Origin: Oopsacas minuta
Lineage: Eukaryota > Animalia > Porifera
Direction: 5' to 3'
Assembly (NCBI GenBank): GCA_024704765.1
Contig: JAKMXF010000055.1
Coordinates: 823,264 to 887,263 of the forward strand
DNA length: 64,000 bases
The notes under the pieces were generated by a model. It ran no database searches. It was not told the origin of the DNA and saw only the letters and a list, made by a program, of their open reading frames with translations. Position numbers and translations under genes: made by a program. Position 1 is the stretch's first letter. Every line of letters starts with the position of its first letter. Shown piece after piece: positions 14,901-28,390 of this stretch.

Positions 14901-15589
14901 AATACCGCATATTGTCACTCCACTGAAATACAAATTCCAAATACTATAAAAATTAGTGAACGACAGAAACTGATTTCGGTTACAACCGAATTTCTGCATC
15001 GGTGGCCCCACCGAAATTATACTAATGTTGTAACAGTTCTCAGACAATACCAAAGAAAACTTATCAAGAGTGATAGTTAATATTCAACGCACACAATCTA
15101 CATTATCTTTCAAGTGTTAAATCATAGAATTAACTAATTGAAAAGTAGAATGATTCAGATACAACTATATAAATCAAATTACAATGCATTTAGTGTCTAA
15201 CAATTAGTAAACGAAATTCAGTTTCGGTATTTCGGCCGTTTCAGGTACATTAGAAGAGGTTAAATTCATCTGCCTCAGAACATCTGCATGGATAGTTAAT
15301 GATTCATCCGAATTGCTGAGATAGACGGCTGTACGCTCCCTCCTCCCATGGAACTCCGACTTAAGCTAGCTAATAGTTGACTTGAGAGCCGCGATTTCAT
15401 CAATTAGCCTTCGTGTTTCAAACGTAATTAACCATCAGACACTAGCATTCCTGGAACCATCTAGGGATCCTGGGACAGTCCAGGGATTTCCCCCAGGTAT
15501 TTAGGGTGAGCAAGCTATTTAGCAGTATCATAATGTTGGATGACATATATAAAAATCGTTTGTTGATATATTGCGAACAAAACAATATA

Positions 15590-15800
15590 TACAGTATATG
15601 CTCGATAATGAACTGCGGTTATAAGAACATGTCAGCTTTAAGAATTTAAATGGAATACGGAAATTATTGTATTCATACTGCATTGAATTTTTACCGGTTA
15701 TAAGAACATTACACTGGAAACAGTTACCACATAAACCTACATAAATTAAGTAGGTTATAAGAAAACACTTAGTGTGGTAGGATTATTGGTTCTCATTACA
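15590..15800. repeat. pogo/Tigger-like MITE remnant
   Basis: TACAGTATATGCTCGATAA start and three subterminal GGTTATAAGAA motifs; right end GTTCTCATTACAAG is degenerate. Confidence 0.3.
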
Positions 15801-16023
15801 AGTATGTTGTCAAAATGTGTAACATATTTACACTATAAAATTTTCAAATATTAGGTGCACAACTAGATGTTACTAAGATGATAAATGCCAAATCTTGTAC
15901 CTTAATCTATAAAGGTGTGAACAACAATGCGATAGGAGAGAAATACTGCCATTATTGTTCTGAAAATACCAATAATAGCAAACATTTATCCAGTATTACT
16001 TTCCTACATTATTCTGAACAAGG

Positions 16024-16080
16024 TCAGAAATTCGAACCAGGACTTTGCTGTTGTGCGCCACACCACCTCGCAACACCTTT
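16024..16080 (-). repeat. Possible tRNA-derived SINE head
   Basis: Minus strand reads ...CACAACAGCAAAGTCCTGGTTCGAATTTC, a B-box-like motif in a context resembling tRNA-SINE heads. No cloverleaf found. Confidence 0.25.
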
Positions 16081-17329
16081 GCAAAGTCTGCAAACATAGT
16101 ATAAGGGTGCGTCAAATGAAATATACGTGTATACAAACAGGATGCACTGGTACGTAAAGCTAGGTGAAGCCTGGATAAACATCAATATAACGGAAAAAGG
16201 ACTTACCTCCTCAACAATAAAATCAAATCATTTAATATATTTCCTAACTCAAATAGTTCTCAAGATTATCAAGTACATTAGTCAAATGGTCTATTGTCCA
16301 CAAAATCTAAGAACATGGATAACAGAAAGTTCCATAGATAATGTGTAGAATTATTTCACCAACCCCTTAGACTCAACGGACAAAATGAGAAAAAATGAAT
16401 AGATTATAAAAATTTAAAGAAAAAGATTGAGAAAATGATAAGACCATCATGCACGGTATGAGGATAGATCAATTAAGATTTGTGGATTGGATGCAGAATT
16501 CGATTCAAATCGAATCTTACAAATTTTAGAAGCACCAAATCCCGAAAGTCATTCAATATCATTTAAATCCTTATCAAATTCTTGCAAATCCCATCATATC
16601 CAGGACCAGTGAAATCGTTGGTGTCCGGAAATACATTGTCGCGAAAGAATTTTGTCCGGATACCGACACCCAATTGGTGTAACTGGTGTTGCAGGTTATG
16701 AGATCCCTTCAAATTACATCGAATCCAAATCAAATCCTTTGAATTCTAATTTTTATTTAATCAAATCAAATGAAAATGATATGACCAAACCACATGTCTG
16801 TCTCGAATATCGTATTTGAAGAAATATTACACGAAAAACAAATGAAAAATCCAATTTTGAATAAAAATATTTGTATTATACAAGTCGAAGATATTGATCA
16901 ATGAATGGAATGTTTTGAAGCAGTATAGCGTCGTGTGGCTTTGAAATCTGGGGGATATAAATTCAATCTAATTGCAAACGTTCTGGATGAGGGTCTATGG
17001 GTGCTGTGAACAATCAGAAAGGCCCAGGAGCGAAACCCAACGCAAGAAATAACAAATGACTTGCAATTAGCACAGAAAGTTGACATTTTTCTGGTCCCTG
17101 GGAGTAATGATGTGGGAGTTTGGAGGATATTAAGGGCCCCGTCCCCCCATGCACATATAGTACGACGCCACCTGCCAGTTGTGGAACCAAATGGTAACTT
17201 CGAAAGAAATTTCAAATAAATAATGTAATTTTAAATAAACCTTCGATCAATAAAGTAAAAATAAATATGAAATTAAAAAAACAAATATAAACAAATCACA
17301 ACTCACTTATCAGGAACACTTGTCACAAG

Positions 17330-17800
17330 GCAAAAGGGCAGCAGAGATGGTCATGTAAACTACATTGGCACATTGGTAATTAAGCCAATCAGAAACTTTA
17401 GACGTTCTGAAAGATTCTTTTTTTCCAATTCTCATCTGGATATTGGTTTTGGCTCTCTACAGATCTTCTGTTCGCGGCTGAAAATTAGCCTTCGTTTGGT
17501 TACAGCGGGAATAATCTCACCAATGTTCTCTTTTAAGTATTGAATTTATTCCTCCCCCAGATCGAGCAGTGCCGAGTTCAGCCAGGATTCCAAATTGACA
17601 GTTCCCTCATTGAATGTTAGCACAGCGATAACAATGTCAATCCTTATTGAGGTGATACATACTTGCTTTGAGGATAGAGACTCCGTATAATGTTGCGTTG
17701 GGAGTCATTAGCACTCTGAGTCAATCGTAATGTTAGAGGACTACAGAGTATTTCTGTCGCATAAGTGCAGGGTGACCCATAAATACTGTTACTAATTGTT
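17330..17800 (-). pseudogene. C-terminal fragment of a Mutator-like transposase (TQNxNES...AVxxFNxG type)
   Basis: LTQSANDSQRNIIRSLYPQSKYVSPQ*, then after a frameshift IDIVIAVLTFNEG. The 5' part is replaced by the maT copy at 17890. Confidence 0.45.
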
Positions 17801-17889
17801 GTATGGATAAAATATATAATATTGAAGCTGTTGACACGAAATTTCCACCAATTGCCAAAATCTCTACATATAAAATAAATTTCGAATAT

Positions 17890-18800
17890 AATTCGAATAT
17901 ACCGCCTCGACATTCACCTAACAATACGAGTAGGGAAGGAGTCCACGCTAGAACGAATGTCCCAGTCTGGAATATTCTTCCATTCTCGAGACAAGATTCA
18001 TTTAGCTCGTCAATACTATGATGATTTTAAGGATTGACCTTGCTCTCGAAAATGGACCATACTGAATAATCGAGAGGGTTAATGTCAGGGTAGCAAGGAG
18101 GCCACTCTTCGGCAGAAATTAGCCTTGGAAATTCTCTTTGCACCACTGTTGTGTCGCTTTCGCTTTATGAGCAGGTGCTGAGTCTTGTTGGAATACCCAT
18201 TTTCTACTTTGATAATGTTTTTTGGCACGAGGTTTGACAACCTTCTTCATTATCAAGTCATGGTATACTGTGTGATTGATTTTTAGACCCTGGGGGATGA
18301 AAACGAGGGGTGTTTGACCATCAAATGTGATACCTCCCCAACACCATTACTGAAGCTGGCTTTTGGCTCTAGAGACCTGGAAAGTGGATTTAGGGAGAAT
18401 ATTTCCCGCAGTACAAGGATTCTATCGTTTGGGGGGTTTAACACTTGTTCTACAGTGAAAATTTTCTCATCTGAGGAGAGGATATTTCTATGGGCGTGGT
18501 TTGTGAAACGCGAAACTAATTCTTTACATCTTTGTAATCGCTTGTTCTTAATTTGCTCGCTAAGAAGCTGGCACTTATTCAATTCATAGGCTTTCATCTG
18601 TAGGTCATTTAATACAATTCTTCTCATTGATTCCCTACTAATTTGTGTCTCCTTGGCCATTCTTCTGATGCTTCTTGAGGGATTTCGGCGGATACTCTGA
18701 GATACACGAGTTATCTTAGAAAAGGTGCCTACAACTCACGGACGACCAGGTCTATGTCTGTCAGTCATCAATTCAGTATCATTGTAATGGGATAATGACC
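17890..18800 (-). pseudogene. maT (DD37D) transposase pseudogene, TIRs not found
   Basis: RPGRP...RRNPSRSIRRMAKE; SSDEKIFTVEQ..N..NDRI; FQQDSAPAH; WPPCYPDINPLDYSVWS. 37 residues between D2 and D3 after correcting one frameshift. Confidence 0.85.
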
Positions 18801-19149
18801 GGTTCATGAACATCTTATTCGTTTTCAGTAGTTGAGCGATTTCAACCTAGGAATTTCCCGCCTTACTGAGCTGTATACAGTACTGTATAGGAAAATTCTT
18901 TCACCTCTTCGATATTTTAATTGATGTGAGGTTGCTAAAGTAATAGGTACTGAAGAGTTAGAGGGTTTCTCCATCAACACATGATTAACTTCAGGTAGGA
19001 CGCCAAAATGATCCCCTATCACATGATCAAATAGTATATGGAGACTTGAACACAGCTTGGTTGATGTTGAAATAGAATGATGGTATATAACAGTAGGTAC
19101 TTAGAAGCGATATAGTCAAGCATTCCATTAAGATAGCATGTGTGTACAA

Positions 19150-20500
19150 AAGTTGATTCTCCTATATTTAGTGAGGTTCAAATGAATTTTTGTGATTCCA
19201 TTATAGATGCAGTATGAATATGCATTGCACTTGTTCAAATATAAAGTTAAAGAACAAACGTATTCGACGACTTACCGCATTTAACACTAAGTGTATTCAA
19301 CTAAAATCGATTTACTCTGATGTATAAAATAATCATTAGTTACAAAGCAGAGAATAGGCGTGAACAAGATTCATTTATATAGATTGACGGATATCGATGT
19401 ACAAGAATATCCTAGTTACATGACGAATAAGAATATAACAAAATATTTGCAATTCTGAAATGGTCGAATACCTTTGTCCTTTAACTGTATATATAGGATA
19501 GTAACATAGTGGTTCATATCTAGTTCCGGCTGGATAGAGCCGGATAGCAAATTAGAACCCAATATTCGGTAGAACTCTAATCAGAATGTGGTTATATACT
19601 TCGTTTTAAAGTTCTCACAAAATGGAAACCATCCAAACTAAACCCATTAATCGATATTTTGATAATTGTCAATCCATGTTTGGCCACTAATATTCTAATA
19701 TAGACTTGTATCTATTCAATCGAAGAATTTAAGTATTGACATGAATTTTGTATTCAGGTTTATACGATTTCTTAATATACATAATCCAAGCAAATATCCA
19801 ATCAACAATCCAAAATTGTTCAATTGGTTTGGAATGGCAAACCTGGTAATAGTTATTAAGGTAGAATGTACTATAGTTGGGTATGATGCATATTTCTTGC
19901 ATAGCATTTAATACATATTTTATACTTTTGTTATTTGAAAGTCCCCGAATTGAGATAATCGAGTAAAATAAATTTCAAAATTAGCATCAGCAGCACTGCA
20001 AGCATACACAATGTTAGATAAAACAAAAGCATAAATAAAAATAATAATTTGCGAGCTGTGTGAAGTGGAGAATTTAGTGGAAGTAGAAAGGTGTGTCAAA
20101 GGGGATATATAATTGTTGTGAGCTACCTAAGGATTTGAAAACGATTATATTCTTCAGGTAATGCAATAGCTTAGAAAGTTGTCGTTCGGCATACAATTTG
20201 CACAAATTTTCCAAAATTGATCATCTAGCATCAAACAAACACAAAAAGATTACGATACAAAAGAAAAAATATTTGATTATATCCTGAAATGATACATTTT
20301 ATGTAAAATAATTACATGCCATTGCTGAGTTATGGAGCGTAATGATTTCGATTACAGTTCATCCAGTTTGTAGAATAAGTACATACAGAAACTCCAGTAT
20401 GGAGAATTGGTTTCGGATAGTGAAACACAGTACATTAAATCAGGGATATACTCATACACAGAAGTTACTTATATTACGAGAAATTCATATAGACTCCATT
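19150..20500 (+). pseudogene. Second, more decayed NOF-like Mutator transposase
   Basis: YSW.MMHISCIAFN (~19870-19915), KLSFGIQF, NYMPL.ELWSV and NSSMENWFRIVKHSTL (~20390-20440) align in order with motifs of the 1960-4009 copy (YSWALIHSTCIAFN, KSPFGRHF, YYMPIVPLWTG, ANAEIWFRIVKHPIL). Confidence 0.55.
19461..19487. repeat. Solo terminus of the long-TIR MITE family (another at 52521-52537)
   Basis: GGTCGAATACCTTTGTCCTTTAACTG+TA matches the MITE right ends at 29762 and 58659. Confidence 0.65.
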
Positions 20501-23399
20501 GATCTACCATAACTTCTGTTTTTCTTGGATTCTTCATACATTTTGTGCCGAAATACAAAGAAATCTTTAGAAAATGTATTAATGTGGGATTTTATCATAA
20601 CACAGGAACAGAAACTAGGTCATTCTCATGTATAAGCGTGGATAGCATAGATTTCGCATAGAGTGACTGGATTATAGTGCTGAGGTGCAGATAAGGCGGG
20701 AAACTGTTAGAAATAATTTGATAACGAAAGCCATACTATCTGGATTTATAAATGAAATTAGCTACTTATGAGTCAATTATGACGAAAGTCCACAAATAAA
20801 TACATTTTTTAAATGGATTTGCATCCAACTTGCAAGAAAAGTAAAAAAATAACAAGTAATACAGAGGTCATTCCAGATCAAATTAGGGCTATACAAATTT
20901 TCCGTGACATAAGAGCGTCACTTCAGTGTACATTAACCAACCATAAGTATTTCTACACCACTAATATGTGCTAATATATCAGGACAATACGGCGAAGATT
21001 TGAATATGTATACGATAACATACTTGAAAGAAATATATGAGTGAAAGTGAACATTATCCTGATTAAATCGGGAAAACATTTATAATTAGGTATTTTCTAG
21101 GCAAACCGTGCTCATTAAAGGCATAATGAGAGAGAATAATTCTGATTGCATAACTGAATCCTACGGATCTGTATTACACCAGTAATATAAGTATCAAACA
21201 TTTTGATCAAATTTTGTTGACGTATTAGCAATATAATATTTGTGACACATATGGCAGAAATAGCACATCTCTAGAACATTGGCACTAGAATAGAACATCG
21301 TATGAAATGATTTGAGATTCTCTAATCTGGCTTAAAAACAGACGCATAGTTGTAAATAAGTCGTCTTTTGTTACATTTGAATTCACACACGATGTGCTGA
21401 CACATATTAGATGTGTAGCGGAAGTGACACATGTCGCACAAAAATGAAAATGCTAATTCATCAGATAAATTTGCTGTAAACCTTTCGAAATAGTCATAAT
21501 GGGGATATATACACAGACCGTGGAATTCAAATATGATAACAGAAATGTTCAATCTCACTGGAATTTTGTCAATTTGCAATTGTAGTATTATAATAGCAAA
21601 GTAAGTTGTGTTGAAACTTAAAATATCAGGAAGTGTATATAGGGCTACGTGATAAAATTCAGAGAATATGACAAGAGTAGCAGTTTTCATTAGATCAATT
21701 TTCGAATAATATAGATGGTAGAATAGATACATTAAAATTCGATCGCATACCTTTAGCCAACAAAGTGTTTTAGAACGAAAAAAGAAGATGTATCCAGTAG
21801 AACCTCAATAGGTGGAGTAGATCGAGCCTGCGAGTTTCCTGGAACCCCCAATCCCCATTAATAATTTCAGATGTAAATGTTATTGAACGAGAGATATTCG
21901 CGTCAATATGTATAGTTACATCCATCAACGACTGATATTTCAACAATAATTGAATAATATATTATACAATAAGGTGGTTGGTCGTATATACAAATTGGTA
22001 AGAGTTTTCTCGTGACAAATCCAAAAAATTTTATTCTTCATAGCATAAATCGATTTTTCAAATTGTGGACAAAATATTGATTATTCAAGAAAGGTCTGGT
22101 AGAATTCTAACATATGGAGGTTAATTTCGATGGTATGAAATATAGTTTCCTCTAAAGCATCAGTTCCCAACATAGGTCCATGGAACCCTCGGTGGTCCAC
22201 AGGATCGATTGCAGTCGATGGGAGGGTCCATAGAATGTGTTAAAATAGGAATCGGAAGTCCATGGGTGAAAAAGGTTGGGAGAACTAAAGTATGCCTCAT
22301 TCCACACCCCGCTTGTAAAGATTCATTTCTATGGAAAGCAATCATGGTGGATCAAAATTGCACCGCTTTAAAGGTTGCACTTTAGTAGAAAATGAGATAA
22401 TTGTAAGGAAGAATGGTAAAGAGGAAAATAGTAAATTATGATACATTTACACTACCATGAGCAATATATGTAGAGCATTAGGACTGGCCCACCTTAACCA
22501 GCACCTGACCAGCACTGACCCGTACCTGAACCGGGTTATAACGCGGGGCATGGGGAGACAAGAAGTTCGATGTTGGTGGGGGAGGCTAAACATCCTGATC
22601 CGTGCAGAGGTGGAATAGATACATGAGCTAAGATGATACATTCATTTATTATCTATTGGACTTTAGTGAACTCCTAAAAACAATATATTGTATATCAAAA
22701 ATGTTTAGAAGTACTCAGAAACTGGTGATAACAATATGTATATATTTAAGCATCCTAGGTAGGTTACTTACAGTTAATAGTTAAGTTCGAACTAAAGTTA
22801 GAAGGAATATTTTAGAGTAACCACTAAAAATTCGAACTTAGGAGCTAGGTCGGCAATTACTAAGAATTTTCAGCTGAGGCCATAGCCCCTATACTGAAAA
22901 GAAACATAATTCACAAATCCAATTTATAGGGTCAAATCTGTGTTAAGGTCCTTAAACAAAATGAATTTAAGTTGCCTTAAGCAAAGAACATTAGGTGCAA
23001 ACAACAAAAATTTACTAAGATGAATTACGACGGTATCCATATATCTCGATATTTTGACTCAGGGTATTTCGATAATCTTTGGGTGTATTATACCCTCAAA
23101 TACGTATATACTATAGAATATAAGTTAGCTGCAAATATCTTCGGATCAAAGTGTTATATAGGCTTTCGGAGCAGCTCCCAGCACTTCTGCTATCGTTTTG
23201 TACGCCAAATGGGTGAATCAGAGTAATGGAACAGGGAAAGATCCCAAGTTTACACGATATCAAATATACTTTTGCTAAAGATCATACGTCTAGAGGAGCT
23301 TTCGTTGTTCAACTGTATCCACATCATAATTTCAAGGTCAATTAATATATTTTTATAATGTCCATCTAAAAACTATGCAAATTGTCTTGAGTATATACT

Positions 23400-24200
23400 A
23401 AACAATTAGGTCTAGACACTATTAGATTCGAATTCAACGTAGGTACCAACATTTTAGCAAAGGTTTGGTTATTTGGTTAGTTATACAGTAGTTAGAATCA
23501 TATATTTGTCAATTCATATGGAACTGTATATCAGAGAAACAGAAAATAACCTCGCTATCGGCTACCACTGAAATTTTGAGATAGGGAATATTGAGTTAAT
23601 CATTAACGAAAATAATAAAACTAACCTGTAATATGTATTTGAAATCAATTTCATCATCAATTACACTTGTATAGTGAGATGCATCAAACTCAGATTTAAC
23701 ACGTGCCTCGGGAAATTTAGAGTTAGGAAAAGGGCACAAAAACCTCAAACAGTTAATAACACCAAGAAGTGTAGAAACATTCCCTTGTCCTTCAGGAACT
23801 AAGCCTAAAAAATTATTTAATAATTTCTGAGCAGTGTGCATAATAAACGGAGCATTTTTGCCCGAATATGTGTATTGTAGAATAAATTATTATTAAGAAT
23901 TACATGATAAAATATTTCGAGAATTTGACAAGAGTCTACTAAGTAATTCTTTGGTAAAATCGGGATGCTTGAGGACTTGATGAAGGTTGACTATCATAAC
24001 TTTCATAATAAAGTGATTATATGAAAGGAACTATCGACAACTTTCAGGACAATGGAACCCAATTAAGACAACCCAGCCATAGTCGGACTGGTTTTCAATA
24101 AGAAAACCAAACTAATAAGTGCAAAATCAATATCATTTAGGATGTTGGTGTTTTGGTACATGTTACAGCTAACTTGAAAAGGTTTGTATATACAAAATCT
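23400..24200 (-). pseudogene. HTT: Decayed multi-exon fragment resembling huntingtin N-terminal HEAT exons
   Basis: Clean 179-bp exon 23804-23626 bounded by TTTTTTAG| and CAG|GTTAGT, encoding CLVPEGQGNVSTLLGVINCLRFLCPF...KYILQ (cf. recalled human [28 protein letters not shown]...EQLVQ). Flanking remnants in the expected order: VYTNLFKLAVTCTKTP, FIMKVMIVNL, IFYHVILNN and YELT (23518-23507). Neighbouring exons carry stops and frameshifts. Match is from memory, not searched. Confidence 0.5.
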
Positions 24201-24402
24201 AGGTAATAATTACAGACCCTTACTTTCTCAAAATTATGTCAATAAATAATATGATGATAAAAGCAATCAAATAAAAGGTCCCAATGAATAGCCAAATTTG
24301 ATTAATCATTAACAAAATTGTCAAGTTCCTATATACAGATTGAACTACTAGATTATTGGTGAAATCAATATATTAAAATGGGATTATTAGTGGGATTTGA
24401 AC

Positions 24403-25990
24403 CATACGCGCCGATGTAGGGGTTCTGGGGGCCCAGGACCCCCAGATCGGAAACCTGGGGTCCACTGAGGAGCTTACTGGGGATCTCTGGCAGATAATTC
24501 GTTCCACTGGGTTACAGAGCGTTCAGCAGAGTTTGTAGTAGGCTTTCCCTTTCTCACACGAAGCCCGAAATGAATAAGGAGTCTAGCGCTCCTCATACTC
24601 TATTAATAAGCCTTAGGCCATCTGTCACCACCACCACCACCATTAAGCATTCACAGATATTGAGGCAAAGAGGCCGCAAAGCGATTATTGTACTTTCTAA
24701 TACTGTTCGCACCCTATCAAGACAAGGAAATTCATTCCGAGGTCACGAAGCAAACGAACGCGGTTATAAACATATTTTATATATTGTTAAACGAAGTGAC
24801 TGTGAGGTTCTCCGAGTGGCTAATTCGCAAGGCGAATGAACATCGGCAGAGCACCAAAACATAATAATCGATACTTTCTACCGAATGACGATAACCAAAG
24901 TGCTAGAAAGAATCAGGAATTGCCCCGAATTCTGAATTTCAGTTAACGAAACAAGCGACATCACTACAACGAGCAGATGTCTATTTTTATCCGCATAGTT
25001 CCAAACGACTTCATACTTGTTGAGCATATTTAGGACTTCATTCAGGTTGACAAGACATGTGGTGATGCACTGTATGGAGCTGTGAAGAATGCTCTCATAA
25101 GAATGAATCTCAAGCCTAGATTAGTGCAGAGGCTAAGGGTTTAATGAAGCTGAAAACATGTTCAAAGGTTTGGTGACACTCATCAAGAGACTTTCTTCTA
25201 GTTGTTTACCCTTACAACACCTGTCATTGCATAAATCCTATTCACCAAGAAGCATGGAAGCCTACATTCGCTCAGCAAGGGATTGATATAGTCAAGGCTA
25301 TCACAGACTACGTGAAAAACTCTCCCAAACTGGAAGCCCAGTTCGAGTCCTATGTCAGTGCGAGGAAATCAACAACTCAACCATGCGTCCTCTGTATATG
25401 ACGCGAAGGGTGTTCTGAAAGGTACCGCTGGAGTTCCTACAAAACTACGAAGGTCTTTTGACATGGTTTGCCTTCCCAGCGACGGAACACAAGGGGGCAA
25501 ACAAAGATCGTTCTGCCAGTGTCACTTTCATTGCGATGTTGAGCAAGGTCTCCAACAATTTTGCTGTTCACTTGATCCAGAAATTGTTTCATTTAGCGCA
25601 CTTCAGAACCCTTCGCTCTCAATTACCGAAATATCTGATAAGATGAATATGCTTCTGTCGACGTTGACTGCCGCAAGATCAGACGAATCTTCGAGAGAAA
25701 TCTCTCGCAGATAATTGCATGGCCAGCGTTCGTTCGAGGACGGTGGTCCAAGGCTGGAGTTACAGGCTGTCCCAAGAGGGTGGAAGCGAGCAAAGCGCCA
25801 CGAATCAGCTTGATAGCTCCGCAAGCGAATCGTTGGAGTGACCGGAGACTCGGATGTGGAACGCATATTCATTTTCAAACAAACAAACTAATATCCGAAT
25901 ATTCGATATATTCGTTTCTTCTCTAGACTTTTTACCAAAAATATTGGCCCCCAAGACAGAAGTTGGTTCATGCAAAGATTGGCACCTATG
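24403..25990 (+). mobile_element. Decayed, probably internally deleted hAT element (DUF4371/ZMYM1-like transposase)
   Basis: Ends CATACGCGCCGAT...ATTGGCACCTATG with a GC-rich subterminal region. Internal TSAEHQNIII, ISVNETSDIT.NEQMSIFIRIV, VEHILGL and GxGFNEAENM motifs. No convincing 8-bp TSD. Confidence 0.8.
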
Positions 25991-26090
25991 GTTACAATTA
26001 TGCATAGGAGTAATAATTTCTTAATGATTTTGTTCTTGGCAAACCCACTCAATTGACTCCAGAATTCGACATTAATTGAGTCAATATGTA

Positions 26091-27395
26091 CGAAGGGCAC
26101 TCGAAAAGTTTTGTCGTTTGTTATTAAACCATAAGTATTATCTAATAAAATTATTCTATATATATTAGACTCTTATTAGTTATCTACACAACAAATTTCT
26201 CCAGTTTATCTTTTGTACTTTCCGAATTGCTTGATTTCTAAAGCTATGGCTGTATGTTTCTTCAACCAGAATCTGACCTCACAAAACGCGATTTTAGAGC
26301 GATGATTTTAATTTTGTTCAAATTTGAGAAGAGCCGTTTGGAAATACATGAAACTTTGCAGAAGCACTTCCCAAATATAGTTCCTTGTTTGAGAACAGTA
26401 GAGCGATGGCACTCAGAGTTTATTCATGGAAAATTTATTCTTGAAGATGGTCCCCGTCCTGGTAGGCCCAGTATTACACACACGGTCGAAAATGTAGAGC
26501 TGGTGTTGGACGAAGTAACAAAAGACCCTCATGTTACTTACGCTCAGTTAGAACATGAAACTAAATTGTCATCGGGGAGTATAAACGTCATCTTATATAA
26601 AGAGCTCGGTCTTAGAAAATTATGTGCACGTTGGATCCCGCATTCTTTGTCGTCCGATCAGAAAAAGTGCCGAGTGGACTTTTGCAAAATTATGCTCAAA
26701 AGATTTGTTAATTCAACTTCTAGAGCTGTTTCTGAAATACTCACAGGCGATGAGACATGGATATACCACTATGATCCAGAAACGAAGAGACAATTTAAGG
26801 AGTGGATCGAAGAAGGTGGTTTACCTCCAACAAAGGTCCGAAGAATTAGATCAGTCGGAAAGTAGATGTGAGCGATTTTCTTTAGAGGCAGTGGATTTGT
26901 TGAAGGAATTACACTTGAGGATAAGAAGACAGTCACCGCTGATTGGTGTACCGCAATATGTCTTCCGAAAGTATTCAGTGCTATCGAAAACAACGTGAGA
27001 AGTCAGGTGTCCGAGGAATCCTGCTTCACCACGATAATGCTTCATCAAATACAGCACTAAGAACTCGTGAGTTTTTAGAGAATTATAGGATCGGAAAGCT
27101 ACCTCACCTACCCTACAGTCCAGATCTAGCCTCTTGCGATTTTTAGTTATTCCCAAAGCTGAAAGATCAACTTCGTGTAAGGAGATTTTTCAACAATGAA
27201 GAGTTGGCCGGGGTACTTTCTTAGCAATTGAGGAGATACCCAAAGAAGAATGGAAAATGTGCTTTTATACCTGGTTTAAACGCATAAAAAAGTGTATAGA
27301 GTGTCAGGGCGAGTATTTTGAAAAAATGTGACCATATAATATGTAATACCTACTATATAAGTATATAAACGACAAAACTTTTCGAGTGCCCCTCG
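26091..27395 (+). mobile_element. Full-length mariner (DD34D) element, 1305 bp
   Basis: 29-bp TIRs (CGAAGGGCACTCGAAAAGTTTTGTCGTTT / ...GAGTGCCCCTCG, 1 mismatch) flanked by TA on both sides. Confidence 0.97.
26254..27331 (+). pseudogene. mariner transposase with stops and frameshift
   Basis: PRPGRP, WIPHSL, TGDETW, HHDNAS, PYSPDLASCDF, GEYFEKM*; premature stop at 26863-26865. Confidence 0.95.
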
Positions 27396-28390
27396 TATAT
27401 ATAAATCAAATTGAATTTATCATTCTACAATATTATTGAATACAAGTAAGCTTTGCTTACTTGCGCTGCGCGATACGCGGACACTTAGTATACAAGTGTG
27501 GAGCACTTCGGGTGCATATTGTAATCATATTGACGTACTATTGGTTAAATTCTTATATACATGAATATCAAGCATTGAAAAGAGTTGGAAATTCGGAATA
27601 GCTGCTATGATGACCATACGCAGTCAAGGGACAAAATGATTCTACCGCATAAATATATTGTCATAAATTGTATACTCTTTCCCGCTCCTATATATTATGT
27701 AGTCCATATTCGTAGATGCAATCTAGTAATTTGCATAGAATAACACATGTTTTTCAAGAATTTCAAAAAAATATTTTCGATTTACACTCTTTGAAGGTAG
27801 TGATTATTAATAATGAAAGTATGTAGTAACTCAAACCTATTAAGAATCTAAAATTTCTTACTTGATACTTGAATTCTACTTAGGGGAGTTACCTCAGATT
27901 GAAATTTACAATGGGATTGAACAATTTTGCCAAAGTTATAGAAAAATTTCAATTTATGCCACTTTGTGCAAAAGGTGCACAGGTGGCAGGAAAGAACGCC
28001 ACTACAAGGAAATCAACTAGGGTTATGAGGAATAAGTCAAAGGAATATTTTCGAATGATATGACTAGCTAACCCTTGATTTCCAAAATAACCCCTTGGTA
28101 GCGCCACTTATGCCACCTCGGGCAAATTTGGCACAAATTGTTCAATCCCATTAAAAATTCTAATTGGGAGTAACTCGCCTACGTAGAATTCAAATATCAA
28201 GTCTGAAATTTTAGATTCTTAATAGTTTTTGAATTACCATATGTTTTGATTATCAATAAATATCTAATAATTATTAATGATTAACAACTTCAAAAAGTGT
28301 AAATCGAAAATATTTTAGAAATTCTTGAAAACATATGTTATTCTATACAAATTATTAGATTGCAGCTACGAATATAGACTACACAATATA

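Noticed and set aside
21540-21790. Ulp1/C48 protease remnant (NVQSHW...YYNS; FSQQSVLERK) after the second NOF-like copy
   Set aside because: Only the HW motif is clear, the spacing is short and the catalytic Cys motif is not readable.
24389-24402. tRNA gene from the minus-strand B-box GGTTCAAATCCCAC
   Set aside because: No A-box or cloverleaf, and it cannot be rebuilt across the adjacent hAT.
27444-27490. Helitron 3' end (hairpin, GC-rich stretch, TTAGT)
   Set aside because: Terminal motif is not CTRR, and no 5' end or RepHel sequence was found.
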